Positions 47,246 to 56,798 of a stretch of 64,000 nt of DNA are shown piece by piece. The notes under the pieces were generated by a model. That model was not told the origin of the DNA and searched no databases. It worked only from the letters and a program-made list of their open reading frames with translations. Each line of letters begins with the position of its first letter. Position 1 is the stretch's first letter. Source of the DNA: Bacteroidales bacterium (lineage in GTDB: Bacteria; Bacteroidota; Bacteroidia; Bacteroidales; GWA2-32-17). Location of the stretch: contig DAOOWN010000003.1 in NCBI GenBank assembly GCA_035371305.1, positions 2,801 through 66,800 of the forward strand, read 5' to 3'. The translations under genes were made by a program, and so were the position numbers.

Positions 47246-49540
47246 ATGCGATTATTATTATCTGTCTTATTTTTAACAATTAACGTACAACTTATCTCGC
47301 AAATATCTACGTTTAAAGGAAAAGTTATAAACGTTAAAACGAAAGAATCGTTAAATTTAGTAAATATTATTGCTAAAAATAATGAAAAAGTTATTGCCGG
47401 AACAACAACAAATGACAAAGGAGAGTATGAACTTGTTGTGCCGAGAGGCACTTCAATAGTTTTATGTTTTTATTGCTTAGGATATAAAGATACTTGCATA
47501 AGCATAATTGCAAATAAAGAGTTTATAGATCAAACGATTTTAATGGAAGAAAAAAATATAATTCTAAACGAAATTACGATCAACGAAACCATTAAAACAA
47601 CTGAAATAAAAGACCAAAAATTAATATTAAATATTCAGAATACAACATTGAAAGAAACGGAATCGTTAAAAGATGTTTTAAAATATTTGCCCGGAGCAAT
47701 TGTAAATGATAATGGCATAGAATTTTTTGGTAAAGGCGTGCCAATTATTTTACTTAATGGAAAACAAATTAATCAAGATTATTTATTTAGCGTACTAAAG
47801 CCCGAGGATATAAAAAACATTGAACTTATGAACTCATCAGCAAAATACGACGCTTCTGTACAAAAAATTATCAATATAAATACGATTAAAAAACACGATA
47901 ATTTTGGAGTAAGAATTTATAGTAGAGTAGAAAAACACGAAAATATTTTTAGTAATAAAAATTATGCAAGTGCTTTCCTTTCTTATAAAAAAATAAGCCA
48001 ATTTATTAAATATAGCAATGGTTTTAGTCGTTCGCCCTGGTATGAAAACAGCAATATAAAACTTTATTTACCAAATGATTCCGTTTTTAGAAATGATTTT
48101 TCTTTAAATTCAATTGATTACAACAACAATCATTCACTGTTTTATTCGTTTGATTACAATTTAAATAAGCATCACAACATCACCATACAAGCAACAGGAA
48201 GCCAAAGCAACGATAGTTCTATTACAAGCATAGAAAGTAAAATGAATAATATTTCTGGCTCAAGCCACATATCCGAATTTACAAAACCAAAAAATGTTGG
48301 AATTACATTAAATTATGATTATGCGTACGATTCACTAATAAATGTTTTGATTGCTGCAGACCATTTTTTACAAAATAATATATTAAAAAACAATATTTTA
48401 TTTAATAACAATGCCTCTTCGGGGAATAATACCTCTGATTATGTTATAAGCTCTTTAAAAGCAGATTTTATTTATTCAATAAAAAAAATTGGAGCAAATG
48501 TAAATTTGGGTACTCAACATGTATTTGTTAAAAACAATTATGTGAATTCTTTTACAACACCTGATTCTATTAGTAGTCTATTATTTAACAATCAAAACAA
48601 AATGAATGAGGTTAATCAAGCTTATTATATTATGCTAGATAATTTTACCATTAATAACATTTCATTTTCAATGGGTGTGCGATACGAAAACTATGAGCGA
48701 AAAACAGCATCTAATTCTATTGACACAACCAAGCAGAGTTTTGATGATCATTATTTTTATCCATCTATATCTGCAACGATTCCCTTTTCTGAAAACGTTC
48801 AATGGCAAGTTTCATATTCAACTAACATCAATAGACAAGCTTATGATTTAATGAACAATAATAATTTTTATATAAACCCCTATTTATATCGATTAGGAAA
48901 TCCTTTTTTAAAGCCCACAGTTGGCAGATCCATTTCGTCAATTTTAAATATTGGAAATATTGTTTTTGAAGTTGGTTATACTTCATATACAAATTATGCT
49001 ACAATGTTTTTTAACACAAAAGATAGTTTGTTAATGGCATATTATGACAATTGCAAAAAAAAGGAAATTCTTTCCAGTATTAATTATACAATACAAAATG
49101 ATAAACTCTATTCATATCTAAATTTTGGCATTCTTAAACCGATTTTTCAATACGAATATCAACAAAAAATAATGAATGCGAAACTTGTACAATTTATGTT
49201 CAACTTTTATAATTCCTACAGTTTAAATGATAATACCATATTTTCGTTGAATTTTAATTATAACTCTAAATATCAGCAAGACTTATTTTTAAATAAACCA
49301 ACATATACAATTGAAGCGAATTTTTATAAATTTTTCTTTAATAAGAGACTTCGTTTATCATTCTTTACAAACTTTAATCAAATAGAGTATTATACGCTAC
49401 AGTATAAAAATATCGACATGCAACATGAGTATAAACGAAATTATTTATATATAGGAGCAAGTTTATTGTTTAAAATAAATAAGGACATTAATGTGCAAAC
49501 GAAATCAGCTATAGAAGAAGAAAAATCAAGAATAAGATAA
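47246..49540 (+). CDS. Outer-membrane beta-barrel protein with CarboxypepD_reg-like N-terminal domain (TonB-dependent-receptor-like)
   Basis: 764 aa. After the signal peptide comes FKGKVINVKTKESLNLVNIIAKNN...GEYELVVPRG, then a long N/Y/S-rich region with alternating strands. The gene is markedly AT-rich. Confidence 0.55.
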   Translation: MRLLLSVLFLTINVQLISQISTFKGKVINVKTKESLNLVNIIAKNNEKVIAGTTTNDKGEYELVVPRGTSIVLCFYCLGYKDTCISIIANKEFIDQTILMEEKNIILNEITINETIKTTEIKDQKLILNIQNTTLKETESLKDVLKYLPGAIVNDNGIEFFGKGVPIILLNGKQINQDYLFSVLKPEDIKNIELMNSSAKYDASVQKIININTIKKHDNFGVRIYSRVEKHENIFSNKNYASAFLSYKKISQFIKYSNGFSRSPWYENSNIKLYLPNDSVFRNDFSLNSIDYNNNHSLFYSFDYNLNKHHNITIQATGSQSNDSSITSIESKMNNISGSSHISEFTKPKNVGITLNYDYAYDSLINVLIAADHFLQNNILKNNILFNNNASSGNNTSDYVISSLKADFIYSIKKIGANVNLGTQHVFVKNNYVNSFTTPDSISSLLFNNQNKMNEVNQAYYIMLDNFTINNISFSMGVRYENYERKTASNSIDTTKQSFDDHYFYPSISATIPFSENVQWQVSYSTNINRQAYDLMNNNNFYINPYLYRLGNPFLKPTVGRSISSILNIGNIVFEVGYTSYTNYATMFFNTKDSLLMAYYDNCKKKEILSSINYTIQNDKLYSYLNFGILKPIFQYEYQQKIMNAKLVQFMFNFYNSYSLNDNTIFSLNFNYNSKYQQDLFLNKPTYTIEANFYKFFFNKRLRLSFFTNFNQIEYYTLQYKNIDMQHEYKRNYLYIGASLLFKINKDINVQTKSAIEEEKSRIR

Positions 49541-49544
49541 TATC

Positions 49545-49805
49545 ATGGAAACTAAAATTAATTTTATTGAAACCCCAAACCTTTTTGGCAAAGAAGAAAT
49601 TAAAAAAATATAAAGTACAATCAAAATTTATGATAATACGCAAAATCAACTTTTTTCTTCAAACATAATAAGCTGTCAATTGTATAACAATGATGTAGAG
49701 ATTACCTTATCTTCAATACGTTGTTGTTTAAACACAAAAAATAAGTATTCATTGATTATTCAAAATGTCTCATTAATAAAAGTTATAGGATTCGTAGATT
49801 ATTAG
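49545..49805 (+). pseudogene. 86-codon reading frame interrupted by a single TAA (22-aa ORF + 64 open codons)
   Basis: METKINFIETPNLFGKEEIKKI*STIKIYDNTQNQLFSSNIISCQLYNNDVEITLSSIRCCLNTKNKYSLIIQNVSLIKVIGFVDY*. A 64-codon stop-free run in DNA this AT-rich is unlikely to be chance. Confidence 0.3.
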
Positions 49806-49850
49806 AAGGTTGATTTTAAACAATATTCATTATTTTTGCACAAAAAAATC

Positions 49851-50936
49851 ATGGCTTTACAGTGTGGAATAATAGGTATTCAAGGAAGTGGGAAAACCAC
49901 TTTGTTTAATAGCATATCTGGGACAAAAGCAGAAACGGCTCAATATTCAGATAAGGCAAACTTAGGAGTGATTCAAGTACCCGATGCTCGTCTATATGAA
50001 TTAGAAAAATATCAAAAAACAGAAAAAATTGTACATGCAACGGTCAATCTTGTCGATATTCCCGGCTTAGCCAGAGGAAGCTCCGGCAGCGAAAGTGCTC
50101 GCAAATTTTTAAATGAAATACGTAACAGCGATGCATTTATTCATGTAGTTCGTTGTTTCGATAACCCCATGGTACCGCATCCCGATGGAAGCGTTAATCC
50201 TATTCGCGATGTGGAAAATATTGAAATAGAATTACAAACGCGTGATGCAGAATCGGTAGAAAAAAAAATCCAGCGTCTTGAAAAAGTTGTTAAAGGTGGA
50301 AACAAAGAAGCGAAATTGCAAATAGACGCTTTAATCGAAATAAAAACTTCACTCGAAAATTTTATACCTGTCAGAAATATTCAATTATCCGATATAGCAA
50401 AAGAAGCCATAGCCGATTTGTTTTTATTATCTGCAAAACCGGTACTTTATGTAGCAAACGTTGATAGTAAATCGATTTTAAGCGGCAATAGCTATTCTAA
50501 GGCGTTAGAAGATTATCTAAAAGAAAATAATTCGTATTGTTTGGTAGTGGGGGCACAATTAGAGGCCGAAATAGCCGAATTAGAAAACAAAGAAGATCAA
50601 GAATTATTTTTAGCTGATGCCGGATTAGCCGAACCCGGTGTTAACAGACTGGTTCAAATGGCATATTCCATGCTTAAATTAAAAACCTTTTTTACCGTTG
50701 GACCTAAAGAAATTAAAGCCTGGACAATTAAAGAAGGGATGACGGCTCCGCAAGCATCGGGTGTTATTCATAGCGATTTGGAGCGTGGTTTTATTCGTGC
50801 CGAAGTAATGAAATACCATGATTTTATTACACTTGGAAGCGAGGCTGCGTGCAAAGAAAAGGGGAAATTTTACATTGAAGGCAAAAACTATATTGTAGAA
50901 GACGGCGATATTCTTCATATACGATTTAATGTATAA
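49851..50936 (+). CDS. ychF: Ribosome-binding ATPase YchF
   Basis: ATG at 49851, with P-loop GIIGIQGSGKTTLFN and a C-terminal AWTIKEGMTAPQASGVIHSDLERGFIRAEV (YchF C-terminal/TGS-like). Confidence 0.85.
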   Translation: MALQCGIIGIQGSGKTTLFNSISGTKAETAQYSDKANLGVIQVPDARLYELEKYQKTEKIVHATVNLVDIPGLARGSSGSESARKFLNEIRNSDAFIHVVRCFDNPMVPHPDGSVNPIRDVENIEIELQTRDAESVEKKIQRLEKVVKGGNKEAKLQIDALIEIKTSLENFIPVRNIQLSDIAKEAIADLFLLSAKPVLYVANVDSKSILSGNSYSKALEDYLKENNSYCLVVGAQLEAEIAELENKEDQELFLADAGLAEPGVNRLVQMAYSMLKLKTFFTVGPKEIKAWTIKEGMTAPQASGVIHSDLERGFIRAEVMKYHDFITLGSEAACKEKGKFYIEGKNYIVEDGDILHIRFNV

Positions 50937-51023
50937 TTGATACCATCATAATTTTCTTAACATTATTTAAATATTTGTATTTAGAATTATTCTAAATAAA
51001 TGATTGTTTTTGCAAAAAAAACA

Positions 51024-53405
51024 ATGAATCGATACTATATATTATTGATATTCTTCATGCCATTGTGGATATATGCACAGAAAGGCAGAATAGAAGGCAG
51101 GATTGCTCAAAAAAACAACGAGCCAATACCCTTTGCCAATGTAATAATCAATGGAACCAGCATAGGTGCATCTTCAGATTTTAATGGAAAGTTTTATATA
51201 ACAGGTATTGACCCTGGATTTTATCAGCTCCAAATAAGTTCGGTTGGTTATAAAACGTTAATTAGTCAGGAGGTACAAGTAATAAATAATAAAACGACAA
51301 ATGTTGAATATTTTTTGGAAGAGCAGAGCTACAACTTAGAGCAAGTAGTTGTAACTGCTGAAAGGTTTGTAAAAAAAGAGGAGAGTCCTGTCTCGTTACG
51401 TAGTATAAGTATTTCCGAAATAGAAAATAGTGCCGGTGCCAATCGCGATATTGCACGTATCATTCAAAACTACCCGGGAGTGTCGGCATTTCCGGTAGCA
51501 AATCGCAATGATATCATTGTTCGCGGTGGTGCTTCGAACGAGAGCAAATTTTATATTGATGATATAGAAATACCCTACATTAATCATTTTGCTACGCAAG
51601 GAGCATCGGGAGGAACCAATGGTATTATTAATGCTGATTTGCTACGCGATGTTAATTTTTATTCAGGAGCTTTCCCTTCAAATCGCTACAATGCATTAAG
51701 TGCCGTATTCGATTTTAAGACCATTGATGGAAATACTGAAAAACCAAGATTTAGGACGAGCATTGGTGCTTCAGAATTCTCGTTAACCTCCGATGGCCCT
51801 TTAAGCGATAAAACGACGTATTTGTTCTCCGTTCGTCGATCATACCTTCAGTTTTTATTTAAAGCGCTGGGTTTACCTTTTTTACCAACATTCAACGATT
51901 ATCAAACTAAAGTCAAGTATCGCATCAACACAAAAAATGAAATAACTTTATTAAGCATTGGTGCTCTGGATGTTATGAATTTAGATACAAAGATTAAAAA
52001 CCCAACCGAATCGCAGCAATATATTCTCAATTATTTGCCTGTTTACGAGCAATGGAATTATGCTATAGGAGCCGTTTATAAACATTACGAAGAAAATGGT
52101 TTTACTACATTGGTTTTAAGCAGAAATATGTTAAACAATAGGCAATATAAATATTTTAACAACATCGAAAGCGAATCGAATAAACTAATAGATTATACCA
52201 GCCGTGAACAGGAAAATAAATTTCGATTGGAAAAAACTACAAAATCAAACGGATTTAAAATAAATTATGGAATTCAAACAGAACTTGCTTCGTATGATAA
52301 TAATTCATTTATTAAAACCTTTATAAATAACAATATTGATACCATTCAATTTACTACGAAGTTAAATTTAATAAAATATGGTATTTTTGGTCAAGTATCA
52401 AAAAATTTCTTCAACGAAAGACTAAGCTTATCGTTTGGATTAAGAACCGATGCAAGTCCTTATAGCTCTCAGACAGAAAATCCCATAAAGCAATTATCGC
52501 CTCGTTTTTCTGCTTCGTACGATTTAACCGAAAAATGGAGTGTTAATGCAAATTGGGGCATCTATTACCAACTTCCATCCTATACCCTTTTAGGTTTTAA
52601 AAATAACAATGATGTATATATAAATAAATTAAATGGAATACGCTATATACAATCCATTCATTATATTGCAGGAATATCTTTCTTGCCGAACAAAAACTCT
52701 AAATTGTCGCTGGAAGGTTTTTATAAAAATTATAACTACTATCCTTTTTTGCTGAACGACTCTATTTCATTAGCGTTCAAGCCGATTGATTATGGTTCGG
52801 TAGGAAATGAGCCGGCCAACTCAACCTCAGAAGGAAGAGCTTTGGGTACCGAATTTTTATTACAAACAACCATTCATCAAACCGTTAATATTTCGGTCTC
52901 TTATACGTTTGCTGTAAGTCAATTCAAAGATAAATCGGGCATGTACCAAAGTACAAGTTGGGATAATCGTCATATATTTAATTTAACTGCTAGTAAGAAA
53001 TTTAAAAACCATTGGAGCCTTGCTATGAAATGGCGTTTTGCCGGAGGACTACCCTATACTCCGTATGATTTGGAACGTTCGGCACAAATTTCGGCTTGGG
53101 ACATTCAAAACAGACCCTATATCGATTACAATCAAATAAACTCTAAACGTTTTAGGCCGTTTCATCAGTTAGATATACGAGTCGAAAAACGCTTTTTAAT
53201 GAAGAAATATGACCTTAGAATTTATCTGGATGTTCAAAATTTATATAATTTTAAATCGGATGATCTGCCTCGTATTACAAATTTAGACAAACAAGGCCAA
53301 AAAATGATCGACCCCAATCGACCAGGTTATTACTTGTTACGTGAAATTCCAACAGAAGGCTCAGGAACCATTTTGCCAACCATTGGATTAATTTTTAATT
53401 TTTAA
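51024..53405 (+). CDS. TonB-dependent receptor with CarboxypepD_reg-like N-terminal domain
   Basis: ATG at 51024 (MNRYYILLIFFMPLWIYAQ). It has GRIEGRI...GFYQLQISSVGYK, a plug region and a long barrel ending in the aromatic terminus ...IGLIFNF. Confidence 0.75.
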   Translation: MNRYYILLIFFMPLWIYAQKGRIEGRIAQKNNEPIPFANVIINGTSIGASSDFNGKFYITGIDPGFYQLQISSVGYKTLISQEVQVINNKTTNVEYFLEEQSYNLEQVVVTAERFVKKEESPVSLRSISISEIENSAGANRDIARIIQNYPGVSAFPVANRNDIIVRGGASNESKFYIDDIEIPYINHFATQGASGGTNGIINADLLRDVNFYSGAFPSNRYNALSAVFDFKTIDGNTEKPRFRTSIGASEFSLTSDGPLSDKTTYLFSVRRSYLQFLFKALGLPFLPTFNDYQTKVKYRINTKNEITLLSIGALDVMNLDTKIKNPTESQQYILNYLPVYEQWNYAIGAVYKHYEENGFTTLVLSRNMLNNRQYKYFNNIESESNKLIDYTSREQENKFRLEKTTKSNGFKINYGIQTELASYDNNSFIKTFINNNIDTIQFTTKLNLIKYGIFGQVSKNFFNERLSLSFGLRTDASPYSSQTENPIKQLSPRFSASYDLTEKWSVNANWGIYYQLPSYTLLGFKNNNDVYINKLNGIRYIQSIHYIAGISFLPNKNSKLSLEGFYKNYNYYPFLLNDSISLAFKPIDYGSVGNEPANSTSEGRALGTEFLLQTTIHQTVNISVSYTFAVSQFKDKSGMYQSTSWDNRHIFNLTASKKFKNHWSLAMKWRFAGGLPYTPYDLERSAQISAWDIQNRPYIDYNQINSKRFRPFHQLDIRVEKRFLMKKYDLRIYLDVQNLYNFKSDDLPRITNLDKQGQKMIDPNRPGYYLLREIPTEGSGTILPTIGLIFNF

Positions 53406-53416
53406 TACCGAAAAAA

Positions 53417-54142
53417 ATGATGAAAACAGTAACATTTGTTTTTTTGATAATAGCAAAACTTTCAATTTTTGCTCAAAATAAAAACGATAGGATTCTTTTG
53501 TCAACAAACAATCAAGGCAAAAGACAAAAGATACAGATAAGCTTTACTAAAGGTAAACAATTTAATCACCCTTTACTAGCAATATGGTTAACGACTACCG
53601 ATGGAAAATATATTCAAACTTTGTATGTTTCGCAATCCATTGCAAAAGGCATATACGAACATGGTAAAAGTGAACAAGGAAAATGGTTTCCGGGCGAACA
53701 TCGCCGTCCTGCTGCCTTGCCTTATTGGGCTTTTTCGAGAAATATTAAAGAAGAGGATGGGTTGTATATTCCAACCCCTAAAACTCCGATAGCAGATGCT
53801 TACACCGGTGCAACACCGCAAAATGATTTTGTCCTGGAAACACAACTCGACGAAACGAGAAACGGAAAAGCTATTTTATGGTTCGAAATAAATCAACCAT
53901 TTGATTTTAATGATGTTTGGCACAATCAAAAATATGCTAATAATAATGCTTACAGAACATCAGGTCAACCGAGTGTAGTGTATATGGCTATTATTGATTT
54001 TGATAAAGAGAATATAGAGTATTTCTTACATCCAATAGGACATGGAAATCCAACGGGTGAAAACGGAGAACTTAATACCGACTTGTCTTCGTTGACCACG
54101 GCATTGAAAATCGCAGAAAAAATTGTAGTTAAGATAAATTAG
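53417..54142 (+). CDS. Hypothetical secreted protein (possibly DUF2271-like)
   Basis: 241 aa with a signal peptide. The stretch HPLLAIWLTTTDGKYIQTLYVS is reminiscent of DUF2271, a weak recollection only. It starts 11 nt after the receptor gene. Confidence 0.4.
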   Translation: MMKTVTFVFLIIAKLSIFAQNKNDRILLSTNNQGKRQKIQISFTKGKQFNHPLLAIWLTTTDGKYIQTLYVSQSIAKGIYEHGKSEQGKWFPGEHRRPAALPYWAFSRNIKEEDGLYIPTPKTPIADAYTGATPQNDFVLETQLDETRNGKAILWFEINQPFDFNDVWHNQKYANNNAYRTSGQPSVVYMAIIDFDKENIEYFLHPIGHGNPTGENGELNTDLSSLTTALKIAEKIVVKIN

Positions 54143-54298
54143 CATTCATTCAGCGAATGTAAAATGGGAGAACAATGATCGATTTTTAATCTTGTTAGTT
54201 ATAATGATATTATAAAGAATGGATTAAACATTGATTTTAATTTCTTTTAAGAGTTTTTTATAGGTTGTAATTAAATATTATATATCTTTGAAAAAAAA

Positions 54299-54898
54299 AT
54301 GACTATGGATATCAATGCATTTATCAATCGAACAAAAAATTTAATTGTAAAACCCGAAGAAGAATGGAAAGTGATAGAATCAGAAGACACAAAACCGGGT
54401 GCAATTATGATGAATTTTGTATTGCCTTATTTAGTTTTAGGCTTTGTTGCAACACTTTTAGGTAGTTACCTGTTTGCAGGACGTTGGATTTTTAATCCCC
54501 TTGGATACGCCATAGCAACGGCAGTTACATCGTTTGTTGTATATATCATTGTTTTGTATGTAACTCCAATTATTATTAAAGCATTAGGCAGTTCTTTTGG
54601 AACAGAAGTAAGCCAAGAAAAAGCATTTAAGCTAATGGCTTATTCGTTTGTTCCGTCCTACCTTATAGCCATAGTAACAGGATTATTTCCGGTAGTTAGT
54701 ATTTTAGGTATAGCAGGGCTTTATTCACTATATATTTTTTGGCATGGATTCGGTTCATTGCTTCATACACCGGAAGACAAAAAAGTAGGCTTCTATATTG
54801 TAAGCATTTTGATAATAATTGGGGAATATGTGGTGTTGGGCTTAATATTAGGCATGATTTTAACCGGTTTGTTTTTAGGAAGTCTTTTTAGTATTTAA
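54299..54898 (+). CDS. Yip1-family integral membrane protein
   Basis: 199 aa with a soluble N-terminal ~30 aa (PEEEWKVIESE) followed by 5 TM helices. Confidence 0.5.
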   Translation: MTMDINAFINRTKNLIVKPEEEWKVIESEDTKPGAIMMNFVLPYLVLGFVATLLGSYLFAGRWIFNPLGYAIATAVTSFVVYIIVLYVTPIIIKALGSSFGTEVSQEKAFKLMAYSFVPSYLIAIVTGLFPVVSILGIAGLYSLYIFWHGFGSLLHTPEDKKVGFYIVSILIIIGEYVVLGLILGMILTGLFLGSLFSI

Positions 54899-54904
54899 CA
54901 TGTA

Positions 54905-55360
54905 ATGTCGGAAGAACGGATAATTGCTAAAAATAAAAAGGCTTATTTTTTATACGAGATAGTCGAAACGTTTTCAGCAGGGATTGTTTTAACCGGAAGC
55001 GAAATAAAATCGATTCGTGCCGGAAAGGTTAACTTTGTAGATGCTTATGCGGCAATCATAAAAGGAGAATTAATATTAAAAGGCTTGCATATAGCTCCTT
55101 ACGATCATGGCGGATATGCTAATCATGAGCCTACACGCGACAGAAAACTTTTGTTGACAAAGAGCGAGATAAACAGGATTAACAGAAAAGTAACTGAAAA
55201 AGGATTGACGATTGTTCCTTTATCTTGTTTTATAAACGAAAAGGGCTATGCAAAACTCGAAATAGCAATTGTAAAAGGGAAAAAGGCGTACGATAAAAGA
55301 GAATCCATTAAAAAGAAAGATAACGCACGAGATACTGAAAGGAGTATGAACGACTATTGA
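54905..55360 (+). CDS. smpB: SsrA-binding protein
   Basis: 151 aa with NKKAYFLYEIVETFSAGIVLTGSEIKSIRAGKVNFVDAY...HEPTRDRKLLLTKSEI. Confidence 0.92.
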   Translation: MSEERIIAKNKKAYFLYEIVETFSAGIVLTGSEIKSIRAGKVNFVDAYAAIIKGELILKGLHIAPYDHGGYANHEPTRDRKLLLTKSEINRINRKVTEKGLTIVPLSCFINEKGYAKLEIAIVKGKKAYDKRESIKKKDNARDTERSMNDY

Positions 55361-56745
55361 TCAAAGAAATAGTCATTTAATTCGTAAATATCATCAATGG
55401 TTAAGTTTGTTTGCATATCGAAAAATTTGTCGATAGCAATATTAATTTCTTGAATAGAAATAAATCCATCGCTGTTAAGGTCGACAGGTTTAAATTTCTC
55501 AGGCATTTCGTCGTATGAGCGTTTGAATTTTTTAAATTTACCAACTTCAGGACAAAGTGATGGGAAATAATCACATAATTGATCCATGGGGACGGCTTTA
55601 GGTGGATTTGTTGCGGCGATAAGCTCTTCTTCGGTGTAAGTAACACCTTTAAGATTTACCATAGCATTTTTCTTCGATTCCGGTTCTTCGTCTCTGTAGT
55701 CTGGAATGCCATCTCCATCTTTATCTAATGGACAGCCTTTTGCATCAACTTTTGTGTTTAATGGTGTTTCGGGGCATTCGTCCCAAAGGTCAATTACACC
55801 ATCTCCATCCTCGTCTTCTTTATCGAGCATTGCAAAATCTACATCGCCAAAATGGCTTTCGAGTGGTGTTAATTTAGGAGGACTAAATAAATCATACGAA
55901 ACACTTACATAGGTAAAAATAAAATGATCGCCCTTTTTATTACCCTTTCGAGCACCTTCGCCATTGTTGCTAATATTGTCAATGTTATCGTTAAATGTAA
56001 AGTGATAGGTTGCTCCAACTTTTGCTTTAAGACGTTGAGAGAACTTATATTCCAAGCTTAAATCAATAGGGAAAGCGATTGCAACTTGAGGGTATTTGCC
56101 GGTACCATCTAAATCGAGTTCACGTAGGTCTGTTTCATACTTGTAATCGCGGTGAAGCATAATGCTATTTAGCTCAGTTCCTTGGCTTTCGTCAATATTT
56201 CTTATGGTTCCATCACTCCAGTAGTGGTACATATTGCCATTAGCATCGTATAAATCGCCCTTGGAATTAAATTCAAACGATTCAATGCCGATGGCAATAT
56301 TTGGATAAATTCGTGAAGGTTTTTTAATCAAATGCCTAAAATTGTATTGAGCAAGCACTCCGCCAATAAGCGCATCGGTTTGAAAGTTGATAAACCGGCC
56401 ATTGGATTGTGTATTACCGGTTAGTTTTCCATAAATAACATTAAATCGCAGGTCGAAGTATTTATTTATGGTACGTGTAACCATAAAAGTCCAAGCTCCT
56501 CTGCCTACGGTTGGATGTGAGGAATAATTATCGCGAACATCACCCAGGAAAGTAAAAAATCCACGTCCTACACCTATTATGGGTTTATAGACAAGTTTTT
56601 CGGGTTCGGGTGTTGTGTCAAGTAAAATGTATTCGTAAGCACTGGGGCCTTTAAACATGTTTGAGTCAATAGGTTCTTCCTGTGCAAAAACCAAAGCATT
56701 TTTTAACGCAAACACAAGTAATAAGCCGATGGTGAGTTTTTGCAT
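55354..56745 (-). CDS. Outer-membrane beta-barrel protein with thrombospondin type-3 Ca-binding repeats and a C-terminal EF-hand
   Basis: 463 aa with a signal peptide and a barrel-like N-terminal ~290 aa. It has DKEDEDGDGVIDLWDECP and DKDGDGIPDYRDEEP (TSP3) and DLNSDGFISIQEINIAIDKFFD (EF-hand loop). I see no OmpA C-terminal domain motif. Confidence 0.65.
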   Translation of the reverse strand: MQKLTIGLLLVFALKNALVFAQEEPIDSNMFKGPSAYEYILLDTTPEPEKLVYKPIIGVGRGFFTFLGDVRDNYSSHPTVGRGAWTFMVTRTINKYFDLRFNVIYGKLTGNTQSNGRFINFQTDALIGGVLAQYNFRHLIKKPSRIYPNIAIGIESFEFNSKGDLYDANGNMYHYWSDGTIRNIDESQGTELNSIMLHRDYKYETDLRELDLDGTGKYPQVAIAFPIDLSLEYKFSQRLKAKVGATYHFTFNDNIDNISNNGEGARKGNKKGDHFIFTYVSVSYDLFSPPKLTPLESHFGDVDFAMLDKEDEDGDGVIDLWDECPETPLNTKVDAKGCPLDKDGDGIPDYRDEEPESKKNAMVNLKGVTYTEEELIAATNPPKAVPMDQLCDYFPSLCPEVGKFKKFKRSYDEMPEKFKPVDLNSDGFISIQEINIAIDKFFDMQTNLTIDDIYELNDYFFDQ

Positions 56746-56798
56746 TGGTAAATTTTTGAACTTTTATACGCAAAGATACAATTTATGTTTTAATTTTT

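Noticed and set aside
49545-49613. 22-aa peptide METKINFIETPNLFGKEEIKKI considered as the missing lasso precursor
   Set aside because: It lies 20 kb away from the cassette. No Thr at -2 precedes a G/A/S/C residue. The only Gly (G15) leaves an 8-residue tail with no Asp/Glu at core position 7-9.
54143-54298. Search for tmRNA (ssrA) next to smpB, also in the gap 35417-35741
   Set aside because: There is no GGGGCTGA-type 5' end, no tRNA-like TPsiC arm or CCA-proximal acceptor, and no ...YALAA-type tag reading frame. The 54143-54298 gap is plain AT-rich promoter DNA with a TATCTTTG box at 54281.
55354-55360. 7-nt convergent overlap of the smpB 3' end and the outer-membrane protein gene 3' end
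   Set aside because: Overlapping convergent stop regions are common in compact genomes, and nothing suggests regulation.
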